DNA of 60,250 nt, the filler included, from Hausera hauseri (taxonomy: Eukaryota), in assembly GCA_046269625.1 (NCBI GenBank). It is 10 parts of 10 records of this genome, joined end to end, with 100 filler letters (N's around TTAATTAATTAA, not from the genome) between each part and the next. Parts side by side here need not be neighbours in the genome. Positions count along the whole stretch, not along the records: positions 1 to 5,569 come from JBJURY010229184.1; positions 5,670 to 10,346 come from JBJURY010479354.1; positions 10,447 to 15,010 come from JBJURY010526013.1; 7 more parts are not named here. The stretch is one strand, 5' to 3'. Positions 1 to 11,252 of the stretch are shown here, piece by piece. The stretch's first letter is position 1, and every line of letters starts with the position of its first letter. The notes beneath the pieces are model-generated. The model was not told where the DNA came from. It ran no database searches and saw only the letters and a program-made list of their open reading frames with translations. A program made the position numbers and the translations under genes.

Positions 1-2627
1 CAAAGATGGAAGGTGAATTGTTGGATTGCTGAGCGTCGTGTAAAGATGTTGCTGGAGAAGTAGTTTCGATAGGAGACGTATCGTCAATGAAAAAATCCGG
101 CTTAGCATTGTTGATGTGGACTGTTACTTCTTTGTCGTCCTTGAGAATGATGATATTGTGAGAGTGTAAACAAATTACTTTGTAAAGGCCAACATACTGA
201 GGTTGAAAACCACACGGCGTCTGATTCTTTAGCCATACGAAGTTAGCAGTATATAAATCGTCGGGTATGTAGGGTTTATTTCCGTGTAACAGTTTACTAA
301 ATGAGTCTTTGCTGATCTCAACGAAGTGTCTCTGGGTCGCTTGTATGGTTTCGTCTGTAAGAATATTGTCCAGCTCAGCCAGCTCGTATAATGGTCTTAT
401 AGAAGCACCAAATAATGCTTCTGCAGGAGAGCAGCTTGTAGAAGTAGATGGTGTGTTCCGCCAGCCAAAAAGAACGTACGGAAGGAGTGTAGTCCACCTG
501 CGATTGGACTTAGCAAAGATTTTGAGAGACGTTTTCATCGTTCGGTGAAAGCGTTCGAGAAGGCCATTTGATTGAGGGTGATATGGTGACGTGTGAATAT
601 GATTAATTCCCAATCGATTGACAAGAGCTTTAAACAGGTTGGATTCGAACTGCGGGCCTTGGTCCGAAATAATGTGGTGAGGTGATCCAAACCTGCTGAT
701 CCAAGTGCGGATGAAAACATCTGCGATTGTTTCTGTGTTAGTACTCAGAAGCGGGACAGCCCCTGGCCATCGCGAGGAACGGTCTATCATTGTGAGGATG
801 AACTGATGGCCGTTGTCTAAGGGTAGTGGGCCTACAAGGTCAATGTGAACAGATTCAAAACAAGACGTGCATGGAAAATGATATAGTGGTGGCTTTAAGT
901 GCTTAGTAACTTTGTATTTTTGGCATGCCACACTGCCTAACCCATGCCTGCACGTCAGGGCGCATCGACGGCCATACTACTTGGCGTTGTAAGAGTCGAA
1001 AAGTGGCGTTGGTACCAGGATGGTGCAACGAATGGATGTTGTTAAATGCTTCTTTTTGAGGTAATTCAGAAAGGGTGACTTTAGGATTATTAGGTTTGGA
1101 GGTGTCGAAGGCCGATCGGGACAAAAAGTCAGCTACTAAATTGAAAACTCCGTTTATGTGCTTAATTTCAAAATTAAATATGAACAAATACGCTATTTTC
1201 CTCTACTGATGTGAAGAAGGCGATTTCATGGTGAGAACTTGAAGCAAGGGCTTGTGGCCCGTTTGTATTGTAAAGGTTCGTGCGGTTAGCAGATGCTTAA
1301 AGTGTTTTACGGCAAGGACCATTGCAAGCAGCTCACTGTCAATGGTGGAATATCTTTGCTCTTGTGCCGTGAATTTTCGAGAAAAGAATTCTAATGACTC
1401 ATGAGATACATTTTTGACTTGATAGAGGACAGCACCTGCAGCTGTTGTGGATGCGTCCGTGGTTAAGAAGAGTTCTGCATGGGAGTCGGGATAGTCCAGG
1501 ATTTCCACAGGTTTTAGATTACCTTTGAGGTGATCAAAAGCGTTGACTAACTTGGCGGTCCATTAAATAGACTGTTTTTCTTGCCAGAGCTTAGTGATGC
1601 AAATGGAACGGTTAGACTGGAGCAGTGTGGATTATACTTATGAATAAAGTGCAAAGTTCCGAGGAAAGAACGCATCTCTGTTGATGTCCGTGGTAGCTGT
1701 ATGTTTTTGAGCTGTGTGATGCGTTCTGGCTAAGGTGAATGTCCGAAGGAGCTAATAACATGTCCTAGGAAGTTGACCTTATGTTAAAAAAGGAGCATTT
1801 GGAAAAATCAGTTTGCAAGTTGTTTTGGTGCAGGCTCTGGAAGATTAAACGTAAGTGCTTGGAGTGTTGTTTCGAGAAAGATGATGCAATTAGGATATCA
1901 TCGATATAGGGATAAGCAAAGTCTAAACTTGAGAGAACTCTATCAATATGCCTTTGGAAAGTCTGGGAAGCGCTACGGAGTCCAAAAGGCATGAAAAGGT
2001 ATTCTAAAAGGCCAAAAGGTGTAATGACAGCCGTTTTAGAAATGTATGCTGGGGCCACCAGAATTTGGTGGTATGCTTTGTGTAAATCAATGCAGGAAAA
2101 ATGGTCTAGCTATGGAGACTGTGAAGGATATTGTTGATTAATGGTAGAGGGTAGGCACCCATTGTTGTTATGATGTTGAGTTGGCGGTAATCAGCGCATG
2201 AGCGAAAGGTACCATCTTTATGTGGAACCACATGCATTGGTGAAGACCAAGGGGCTTTGGATCTTTTGATTATTCCTGATTTTTCCAGTTCGAGAAACTC
2301 AGCCTCCACTGCCTGTCTGCGGCGAGGCGATAGCGGGAGGACTTTTTGATATATGGGTCTTTGATGTGCTGTTACTATGTGGTGGAAGGTGAATTTAGGT
2401 GGTACGAATGATTTGTCCTTTTGCAACAGACGTGTGCAGGAAGATGAAATATATTGCTGTAAGTCAGAGGGCAGCGATGAAAAGTTTTCAGAAGTTGTCG
2501 ATGCATCGTGACTGGATGCAGTTGAGGTATGAGTTGTAGACGAGGTGTTGTGACAAGGCGGTATTAGGTGCGGGATGTTCGTGTTGAAGATGGTGTTGGC
2601 AGCTGTACTATCAGTAATAGGTGCCAC
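1..2627 (-). mobile_element. Degenerate Ty3/Gypsy (CsRn1-like) pol: RT, RNase H and integrase, 5'-truncated
   Basis: Frameshifted pieces PWSSPMHVVPHKDG, KTAVITPFGLLEYLFMPFGL, YPYIDDILI, LTTDAS..AGAVL, HSLHHPG..AT, C..C; integrase remnants run to the window start. Same family as 54141-58340 (LSPRRRQAV.AEF in both). Confidence 0.93.
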
Positions 2628-3171
2628 GCAGTTGGCAATATCGTATTTGCTGCCGTAATGAAATTTTCTAATAAATGATTAGAAAAATAAGTTTACTAAA
2701 ATTAGCAGCATTCCGGTGACCACCCAGGCGATCGCTTCCAGCATGTCAATACTAAAGAAAACGAAAAAAGTTCAGTTAAGAAATGCTCTTCACATGGTTG
2801 TGTCGTACGTATTTGAAAATGCCGGATTTCCCGGACCTGTTATGTCATTTGTTGTAAAACTTTTACGCATTTAAAAAGTAGATAGTTTAAAAATACACAA
2901 TTATTCGACTTCTTGAGTTCTACCTGCACCACATTGGAGTTTTTATTGACAGTTTTAGTTTGAACTGCATCTTTCAATTACAGTGAGTTCGTTTTCTTTG
3001 ATTTCGGTTTCCAGAGGTTTTGATCTGCAATTTTTAAAGGTTGATATTTGTGTACCAAGTATTTTATTGGACTTTGTCGATTTGTTAAGCTCATATAAGC
3101 GCAAACATCGAAAGTCTGCTAAGTTTTTGCTGATACTTTCGTGATTGGTTGTTGTGGCTTTACAAATGAGG

Positions 3172-3345
3172 AACGATTCAATTTTGGGTGTCTGTGACGT
3201 TCGTGACTGGGTCCGCCACGAAAATGTCGTGGGGTGTTTTCTGGGGTATGGAAGGATTGAGTCAATTTTGATTGACCGCTGCTATATTTTTATAAACTTT
3301 GAAAATTCCTTTGACGCTGAATCGGAAATGGACATTTTGGTAAAC
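3172..3345 (+). pseudogene. Fragment of the N-terminal RRM of an SR-type splicing factor
   Basis: VRHENVVGCFLGYGRIESILIDRCYIFINFENSFDAE resembles the SRSF4/5/6 RRM1 pattern (DVExFFxGYGRIxDI..xFVEFxD..DA); it stops mid-domain. Confidence 0.5.
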
Positions 3346-3619
3346 GTCAGTAAAGTCTCTAATAGAATATACAAATGCATTTTCATGTTGATGTCGGCCA
3401 AGAATTTCATCATAATTAAGTCAGTCAGTCCGTCATTGGAAATAAACGAATTAAACGGAACAGTCCGTCATTTTGAACGCGTCGCTGATATCTCCGTTAG
3501 CCACATCAATAAATGGTGTCAGAAATGTTACTCTCTTATTTCCTGGCACTCGGACGTGGAAATTTTCAACCGGATAACGTTGATATTTTTTTCCATTTCA
3601 AATTTTGAAAGTTCTGACC

Positions 3620-4530
3620 ATGATAATAACGGATATGCGTTATGTTCCGTTTCGGAAACGGGTACTGATGATCTGTACGTCGACACAAACTACTTTCTTG
3701 ATATAAGTGGCAACGATCCCCCGCTAATTCTAACCAGATGCTCATCTGTTGCCCCCCAACTAGGTTTACCGACGGCCATTTGCGCATACAACAGCACACC
3801 GTTCTGCTTGGCTGTTTGGCCCGACGTATTTGTCTACCAGGTAGCGGAAAGGCATGGTGGTGCTGGGCCAGTATCACTGGACATATCTGACATATCGGTA
3901 GCCAATCTTACCAAAGTTACGGATGCTATCACATTCCCACAGCGCGCAATCAATGACGGATGTAGTCACACTGCTAAAGCATATATGGTCTCTACTTCTG
4001 ATGTGTTGTACTGGCTACGCGACTCATTAAGAAACTCATATTTATATAATTTTTTGGATAGCGCACCAGTGTTTCAACATATTACCGATGATCCAACATC
4101 AACCATGGAGGGTCAACAAAAACAGCATAAGACTCCGAATAGCGTTTTTTAATGATCCATTATGTGGTCATATACCCTTTAATTTTTTAGACCACTTTGA
4201 ACAGACGAACGACGTTTCATTCAGTAGAGATCGGCTGTTTGAATTATACTCACAGTATATACTTAGTAGTCGCATGGCCAGTCAGGAACAGAGCATCACA
4301 GTTGCTTGAAAAAACCCCGTAGCAATGGCCATTAGCAACCGGCGACCGGACTCAGTAATTGTTAGTATATGCTTCGGTATCAGTTCTGCTGATCCCAGTA
4401 AAGTGCCAAGATATGTTGAGGTATACAGAAGGAAGGCACACATGCCTGATGGATTAACAAAGAGCCGCATTGTTGACATCGGTTTATACGAATCAGAAAT
4501 AGCCCATAACGAAACGTCGCTCACTAGCCA
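3620..4530 (+). pseudogene. UBR4: Internal fragment of UBR4/poe/BIG with a frameshift and an in-frame stop
   Basis: IPFNFLDHFEQTNDVSFSRDRLFELYSQ..SRM and ISNRRPDSVIVSICFGIS..PSKVPRYVEVYRR..RIVDI follow the UBR4 blocks FPIDFFEH..TDVEFGGNDLLQVYN and ISNNNSTMVMTGMRIQIG..APSYIEIFGR..RWFD. Stop at 4307-4309. 5' boundary approximate. Confidence 0.65.
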
Positions 4531-4633
4531 TGCGGTCCCCAGTAGGAATACTAACGATATGATCGTTGTCGACTTCAAACAAGCTGACAAACAAACGCTA
4601 CTCAGAGGCAAGGATTTATTTGCTCCATGCTAA

Positions 4634-5005
<372 letters not shown>

Positions 5006-5280
5006 TTCGCGGATGAGTCAATGGGTAGAAAAAATGATACTAACATGCATGTTTAATAGGGCGAAGATAAGAGACACAGTTGCGAATGTGATACACACAA
5101 GCACGCGTACTGCATGGATTGTAGGCGGAATTAAAAATGTGAATTTCGCGCCAAAATTTTTTTTGTTTAAATTTTGATTAATTGCTTGTGTTTAAATTGT
5201 GATATATAACTACTAAAAAGCCTAACAAACAAAAACAGCATAAGACATAAATATTTTTTAATATAACAGTTACAACACAA

Positions 5281-5569
5281 TTAAAAATTTACAGTTTGAA
5301 TACTATAATGTCCATATGCGACACTTTTGTTCTTTGTTACCCACTGACGTTTTTCATCGAATGGATCCAACGCCATTTTTCTCGAATGGATTGTTATCAG
5401 CTGATAGTTTTTGGTGCCAGTTTGTTTCTGATCCACCATGATGCTGCAACCGCTTTCATATGCTTGTAAGTAATTGCTGAACTGCAAATCGGACTGATTG
5501 AGATTGATGCCCTTACATTTGAACACTGGTTTGGTTTGCGTTTTGAAAACATACGATTTCGGTCGTAAG
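5281..5569 (-). mobile_element. C-terminus of a Polinton-type protein-primed DNA polymerase B
   Basis: LRPKSY..KCKGIN...KMALDPFDEKR..AYGHY; aligns with 11253-11471 and 43220-43376; cut by the contig end. Confidence 0.85.
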
Positions 5570-5669
5570 NNNNNNNNNNNNNNNNNNNNNNNNNNNNNNN
5601 NNNNNNNNNNNNNTTAATTAATTAANNNNNNNNNNNNNNNNNNNNNNNNNNNNNNNNNNNNNNNNNNNN
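5570..5669. other. Artificial contig spacer (also 10347-10446, 15011-15110, 19623-19722, 28411-28510, 32841-32940, 38804-38903, 43377-43476, 51526-51625)
   Basis: Identical 100-nt N runs with a central TTAATTAATTAA six-frame stop linker. Confidence 0.99.
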
Positions 5670-6640
5670 ATTCCCATCAATTTTTCCCCTGTTCCCATGG
5701 TCAGACAATGTTGAAATTGTGCGCCTCAACATTGATTTGACATTTGCGCCAAACATTGCGGAATTCGTAGCTTGTGTCTCGTTTCTCATAAAACATTTCC
5801 TGTTTTGCTTATTTTGCTTCTAGCGCCGTCCAGTAATATTTTCAATCCCTCGCTGTGCCAGAAAATTTTTCTCGCCTCATCCAGCTCTACCGATTTCCAT
5901 CGGTGACATGTGCGAGGTGTGACATGTACTTCCGGTTGGGGGTGTCTCCGACCATGAAACATGAAATGCTCAGAATTGCGAGATAGGTGGGGAAAACTGG
6001 TTTCCAGCTGGATCTGAGTACTTTTTGAAAAGTGGTTAGGACCCCACACTTTTACCCACTATGATGATTTTGACTTTAACATTGCGCCTTTTTGATTGGT
6101 TGGTTCGTTCGTTCGTTTAATTGCATTTTCACTTCGATCCATTGGTCTGATCGTGAGGCAACTATAATATAAAATTTTCCCCAGCTTACGGGCAATGTAT
6201 TAGACCAATTTCCATCACCGGCAGACTTGAACATGGGGAGATTTTACCCGTTTGAAATTTTCCCATCGATTTTTCCCAATGTTACCGTGGTCTTACCGAC
6301 TTGCAACAGTGTCCATTGCAATCGCCAATATCGATTTACCCTTTGTACACATTTTTTTAGTGCTAGCAACATGTTTCGCGTTACACGTGGAGCATTTCCT
6401 GTTTTCCTTCTTCCTCTTCTAGCCCCTCTCCCTTACATTTCTGTAAGCCGCACCTCTGTTAACTTTTGCTCACCTCGTCACGCGCTATCGATATCACCTG
6501 GTTCGAACCTCATTTTCTCGAGAGGGGGGTCGTGCGAAAATTTTAGTGAAATGTTCAGAATAGCCAATCGGGTGGGGAAAACTGATCACGGACCAATCAG
6601 AGAAGTGCGGTGGAGATCTCACTTCTACCTACTTTTGTCA
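5670..6640 (+). repeat. Diverged direct duplication, period about 590 bp
   Basis: Collinear shared blocks TTCCCATC.ATTTTTCCC (about 5671/6260), CATTTCCTGTTT (about 5793/6393), TGAAATG.TCAGAAT and GGTGGGGAAAACTG (about 5986/6571). Confidence 0.7.
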
Positions 6641-6798
6641 TAGAATTACATTTAAATATAATTGACTCTAATGTACTTTTATTGTTTATATGGTAATTTT
6701 GACTTTTTTGGAGTTTATTTGTTTGTATTTGTCACGGACAAGCCAAATAATAAATGTAGCAAAAGTGATTAAACATGTTTATTCCTAATGTACAAATC

Positions 6799-8178
6799 TA
6801 TATAATTGATATCGCCAAATAGTATCACTAGCCTAAATAATATCACTAAACGTGGCAGGAGGTTGGTGATATTATTTAAATAGTATCACTACTCAAATAA
6901 TTTAAAATTTTATTCCCGTCGCAAACCATATTCAATACTGCTTCGTTTATGAGCAAAATAATTAAATAAATGATATTTCTTTTCTGTTGTTTTACTGAAT
7001 ATTAATAAATAATCGATTTCAAAATTTTTAAATGGCTAAACGAACATTTACAGTTGCTTTCAAGAAAGAAGTTATCGAGTTTATGTTGCAAGGCAACATT
7101 TTAAGGCCCAAAATCGATGTTTCAGCAGTGGTTTAGGAACGAGTGCAAACTGACCGAACAAATTCCATCAATGAAAAGAGTAGTTGGTGCAGGGAAGAAA
7201 ACCAGCCTGGGATTTATGAAACAAGTTTTACATGATGATATCATAGATCTCAGAATACGAGAGATGAAAGTTACTCGACATTTGCCTTGGGAAAATAATT
7301 AAATATTGAGTTAAAAGCCACTTGAAACTGGATTACCGAATTCATGAAAAGAAACGGCTCCAGTCTTAGGCGCGCCACCAATTTGACCTCTTTATCAGAC
7401 ACTAAATGGATTGTACGTGATGTTAATTACATGAAATATTTGAAATGGCGTATTGTGTATTTCAATATTCAAAAAACTTTGATCATGGACAAAACAGAAG
7501 TTTTTTTTTGAGGGTGTCAGAAAAAATTCTGTTGACTTACTCGGCGCACGTCATGTCGTGATGAAATCAACTGGATTTAGTTCAATGCGACTTACAGCAA
7601 TAATTTCTGTTTGGGCAGAGGATAGAAAGGCAATGCCATTAGTAATACATAAAGGCAAGAATGGAGGTATCATTTATAATCAAAATCATGTGTTATATAC
7701 CGGTCGATCAAAATCCTGGATCAACCAAAAATTAATTATAAAGTGGATCGACTTTATGTTTCCTTTGGTTAATGTAGGCAATGGTAAGCGTATTGTTTGG
7801 GATTCTTGTCCAGTACAAATCATTGTAGTAGGCGAAAATTAGAGATGATCGTCATCCCAAATGGGTTATATAGGAATTTCCCGCTCATTGAAAGATTTAA
7901 TATCTTTGCGTATTAATGAATGGAAAAACTCTGAATCTGTTGAATATACCAAAAATGCCAATCCAAGACCACCATGGTAAAAGATTCTGTGAACCATGGG
8001 GTCTACTTCAAACCAAGAGGGGCAACTCAATAACGAGTCTATTTTTGATGAAAATGAGTAAGATCAGGATGTCGAATGCTTAGATGACAATGAAAGCACC
8101 AAATAATATCACTGCCCAAATAGTATCACCAAATGTCAAAAATTTTTAGTGATACTATTTGGCAATATCCGTTATATA
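6799..8178 (+). mobile_element. Pogo-family (Tc1/mariner superfamily) DNA transposon, TIR-bounded, with decayed transposase (about 7032-8060)
   Basis: Left end TATATAATTGATATCGCCAAATAGTATCACTA versus right-end reverse complement TATATAACGGATATTGCCAAATAGTATCACTA, in TA context. MAKRTFTVAFKKEVI (Brinker-type HTH), WITEFMKRNG.SLRRAT (CENP-B HTH), PLVIHKGK..SWIN..IVWDSC (DDE_1). Confidence 0.9.
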
Positions 8179-8466
8179 TGACAGAAGCAATTGATGTTGT
8201 GTAATATCACATACAAATCCGCGGTTCCTAAATCCACCTAAACATGCATAAATAACAATCACAGCAGTTTTCAAAAGAATACTCTCAAGTTCTATTTCTG
8301 CTTAACCAACGTGAACACGTTTCGCGTTTGGCTATAATGAAAGTGATGTTATTATTGAGAACTTTATGCAACAAATGATCGAGCGATATTCGAAAACATG
8401 CAAGAAAACTTATAACAAGACTTTATCATATTATACTTTTTCTTTCGGATCATCGGATTTTAAATC

Positions 8467-8919
8467 TTAAATCAATAGCATAATTCCAAAACAAATCAAC
8501 GACATTCCAAAAAACCAAGTCCATTTGAGAGTTTCTGCAAAAACGACAACACCAAAAAGAGCCTATAACAATTATGAAATGTCGTATTAAACAATTACCG
8601 TCGTTCCATAGTTTGCAAATATATTTATCACAATTGCTTCAACAGTGTTTCGCGATTCCTTTAGTGCTTTAAGAAATACAAACCACATAAGGACATTAGT
8701 CAATATGTACAACACATAACAAATAACCTGCCATTCAAATCTACCCTAAATTGAAAATGTTATTGACAAAGATATTACGTAAATTACATCATTTGAGACC
8801 AACGTTAAATGATCACTGATTTTGTATTTTTCGATTTCTAATGATGGAAACTTACCGAATAACGAGGAAATACCGGCAATAAAACCTGATACGACTGATA
8901 ATAGTCTGTTATTCCTCAT
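8467..8919 (-). CDS. TMEM42: Transmembrane protein 42-like (EamA-type), 3 exons
   Basis: Spliced by hand over GT-AG introns of about 42 and 36 nt: MRNNRLLSVVSGFIAGISSLFGK..|..LTNVLMWFVFLKALKES..ANYGTT|ALFGVVVFAETLKWTWFFGMSLICFGIMLLI*. Absent from the ORF track. Confidence 0.8.
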
Positions 8920-10106
8920 AACTTTGTTAAAATTTAATTAAAATAATTAAGGTAAAAGGTTGTTAAGGTAACATCATGGGACATTACATTAGCAACCATT
9001 TGCTGAAATTTGAACAAAAGTGTATGCTGATATGGTGACATATTTAGTATATATGTAAATGTAATGGCTTAGATACTATAGAAATTCTTATTTTTATTCA
9101 CTTGATGCAACAGAATAAAGAAATTTTAAATTCATCTTGGGTTATTTAGCTCAGTGTGTGTCCAAGTAATGACAGATTCACAGTACGAAAATTATTACAT
9201 TTTAAACTCCTAGTGGAAAAAAATTGTAAGTTGAAATAAATAAACTTCATTTCAATCTGATAAGTATCAATCAGTATTAGATTGCTCAGAAATGCCACTC
9301 AAAGTGAATAATGAATAGTTCCAACTAGTCACCGTCTATTACCATTATTTGTACAAGAAAAGACTGACAAGTCCGGTAAGACGATTTCTAAGAATGTTCC
9401 ACCCCCGCCTCTCATTATTCTACAGACGGACTAAAGTAATGGTGAAATATTATGTACTGTAGATGAATGGACTAAACATTTGCCAACATTTGTTATTCGC
9501 TAATTTTCATTAATAATTCATCGAACTATTGAGTGTCTGTATTTAGTGTCTATGTCAAATGTTTTGTTGTTATTAAAAAATCAGAGTCCGTTATATCTTG
9601 ATGTTTGAATGAAAATCGATAAATTATTTTTTGGTTGTATTTGAAGCTATTGTAAATGATTACTTATGTAACAATGACATTTTTCAATTAGTTTGATTAT
9701 GACATTTAATATATCATGCCATAATCGATATTTTTTTACTTTTTTACTTATGTTGTCATGCGAAACAAAACGTACTGTTTGTTTAAGTCCACAGAGTAAT
9801 GCTAATTATTGATTTATTGAATTATTCAAACATATTTAAAGTTAAATAAGGATGTAAGAACTTGACACATCACTTTCCAGTGGATGTCGAGGTTAGTAGT
9901 GAACTGTGGGCAGGACGGCACCGTGTTGCAAGTACAGCTTCCTCACTGGTAAGCAGGCATTCTCAGAATGACATGCTAAACCATGATCATTATTTGGATG
10001 AATTCTACTGAACTGAACCAAGGCAGTAACTGTGGAGAAAATTGCTTTGTTGTAGATGTTGGAACCTAGAATTTTCAACGTTTATTTATTGTAAAATGTT
10101 TGTATA

Positions 10107-10274
10107 GGGTTCCTCTGTGGTTAGAACTACTTGCCTTGGTATCCAATTGTAGGGGGCTCAAAAACCCCACGGGATCCCACTTACGATGGACTGACCGTTT
10201 TCGCTTAGCATTCATCTTTCACCGTCTCAAAGGTTAGACTAGCTTAATGGGTTTTCTTCACTACTTCGACCCGT

Positions 10275-10314
<40 letters not shown>

Positions 10315-10346
10315 GCTGTTCGTGTGTATGTGCGTGTGTGTGTGGT
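10107..10346 (+). mobile_element. Candidate tRNA-derived SINE with (GT)n tail
   Basis: GGGTTCC..GGGATCC acceptor-like pairing, A-box-like TGGTTAGA, T-arm-like GGGG-CTCAAAA-CCCC, about 90 nt body, then a GT microsatellite 10273-10346. Confidence 0.4.
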
Positions 10347-10557
10347 NNNNNNNNNNNNNNNNNNNNNNNNNNNNNNNNNNNNNNNNNNNNTTAATTAATT
10401 AANNNNNNNNNNNNNNNNNNNNNNNNNNNNNNNNNNNNNNNNNNNNTGAGACAATACTCATAAAGTAAATATCTATTGTTTACAATGAAAACAAACCGGT
10501 ATAAACAAATTTTATATAAATATGGATGCAATTTCATTTCACGTTTGTCTTTAAACA

Positions 10558-10860
10558 ATGTCTTTTGAAAATAATTCAGCAGGTAACAGTTCCATGAATC
10601 TCTCAAAAAAGCCAGGGTACAGCGAATATTCGATCAGAAATTTACGAATGTATAATAAATACAACTTACATTATCTGCGCAACGCTATTCCATTGCCATT
10701 GACGCAAACGGTCAAAATCAAACTGGTAAAATATGGTCTATTGGTGGAAAAGATCAGCGACAATGATTTGGATACAATGGAAGGCACAGTTATAAAAATT
10801 GACAATTATTTCGTGTTGATTAACGATATCCGAGACACATCGTCGATTTTTCTCAAATGA
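10558..10860 (+). CDS. Small hypothetical ORF, probably Polinton accessory
   Basis: 100-aa intronless ORF, immediately followed by a 55-aa basic ORF (10864-11031) and AATAAA, converging on the pPolB 3' end. Confidence 0.35.
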   Translation: MSFENNSAGNSSMNLSKKPGYSEYSIRNLRMYNKYNLHYLRNAIPLPLTQTVKIKLVKYGLLVEKISDNDLDTMEGTVIKIDNYFVLINDIRDTSSIFLK

Positions 10861-11252
10861 AATATGGCGAAAATTGTCAGTTCACATGGTGGAGAAACAG
10901 CAGCAGCAGCAGCAAAAGCTGTTTTGCCACCGAAAAGAGCTAAAGGCCACCCAACATTGAAGTTGAAAGGATACAAGAATTTGCACAACTTTAAATCACC
11001 AATACGGAAGCTGGGAAAGTTTACGCTGATTTGACTTACTTTATTTTGGATTTAGCTTATGTTGATTAATAAATTTTATTCTTTGTTTTTCATATTGTTT
11101 CTCGTCACATTAAGTTAAATAGATAGATTAAATGATAATAAAACAAAAAGTAAAAACAACGAAGAATATACATTATTTATACAATACAAACAGATCACAA
11201 TGATTTGTCACAGTAATTTGATCTGTCTGCACCGAATTCATGCGTGTAAGTT

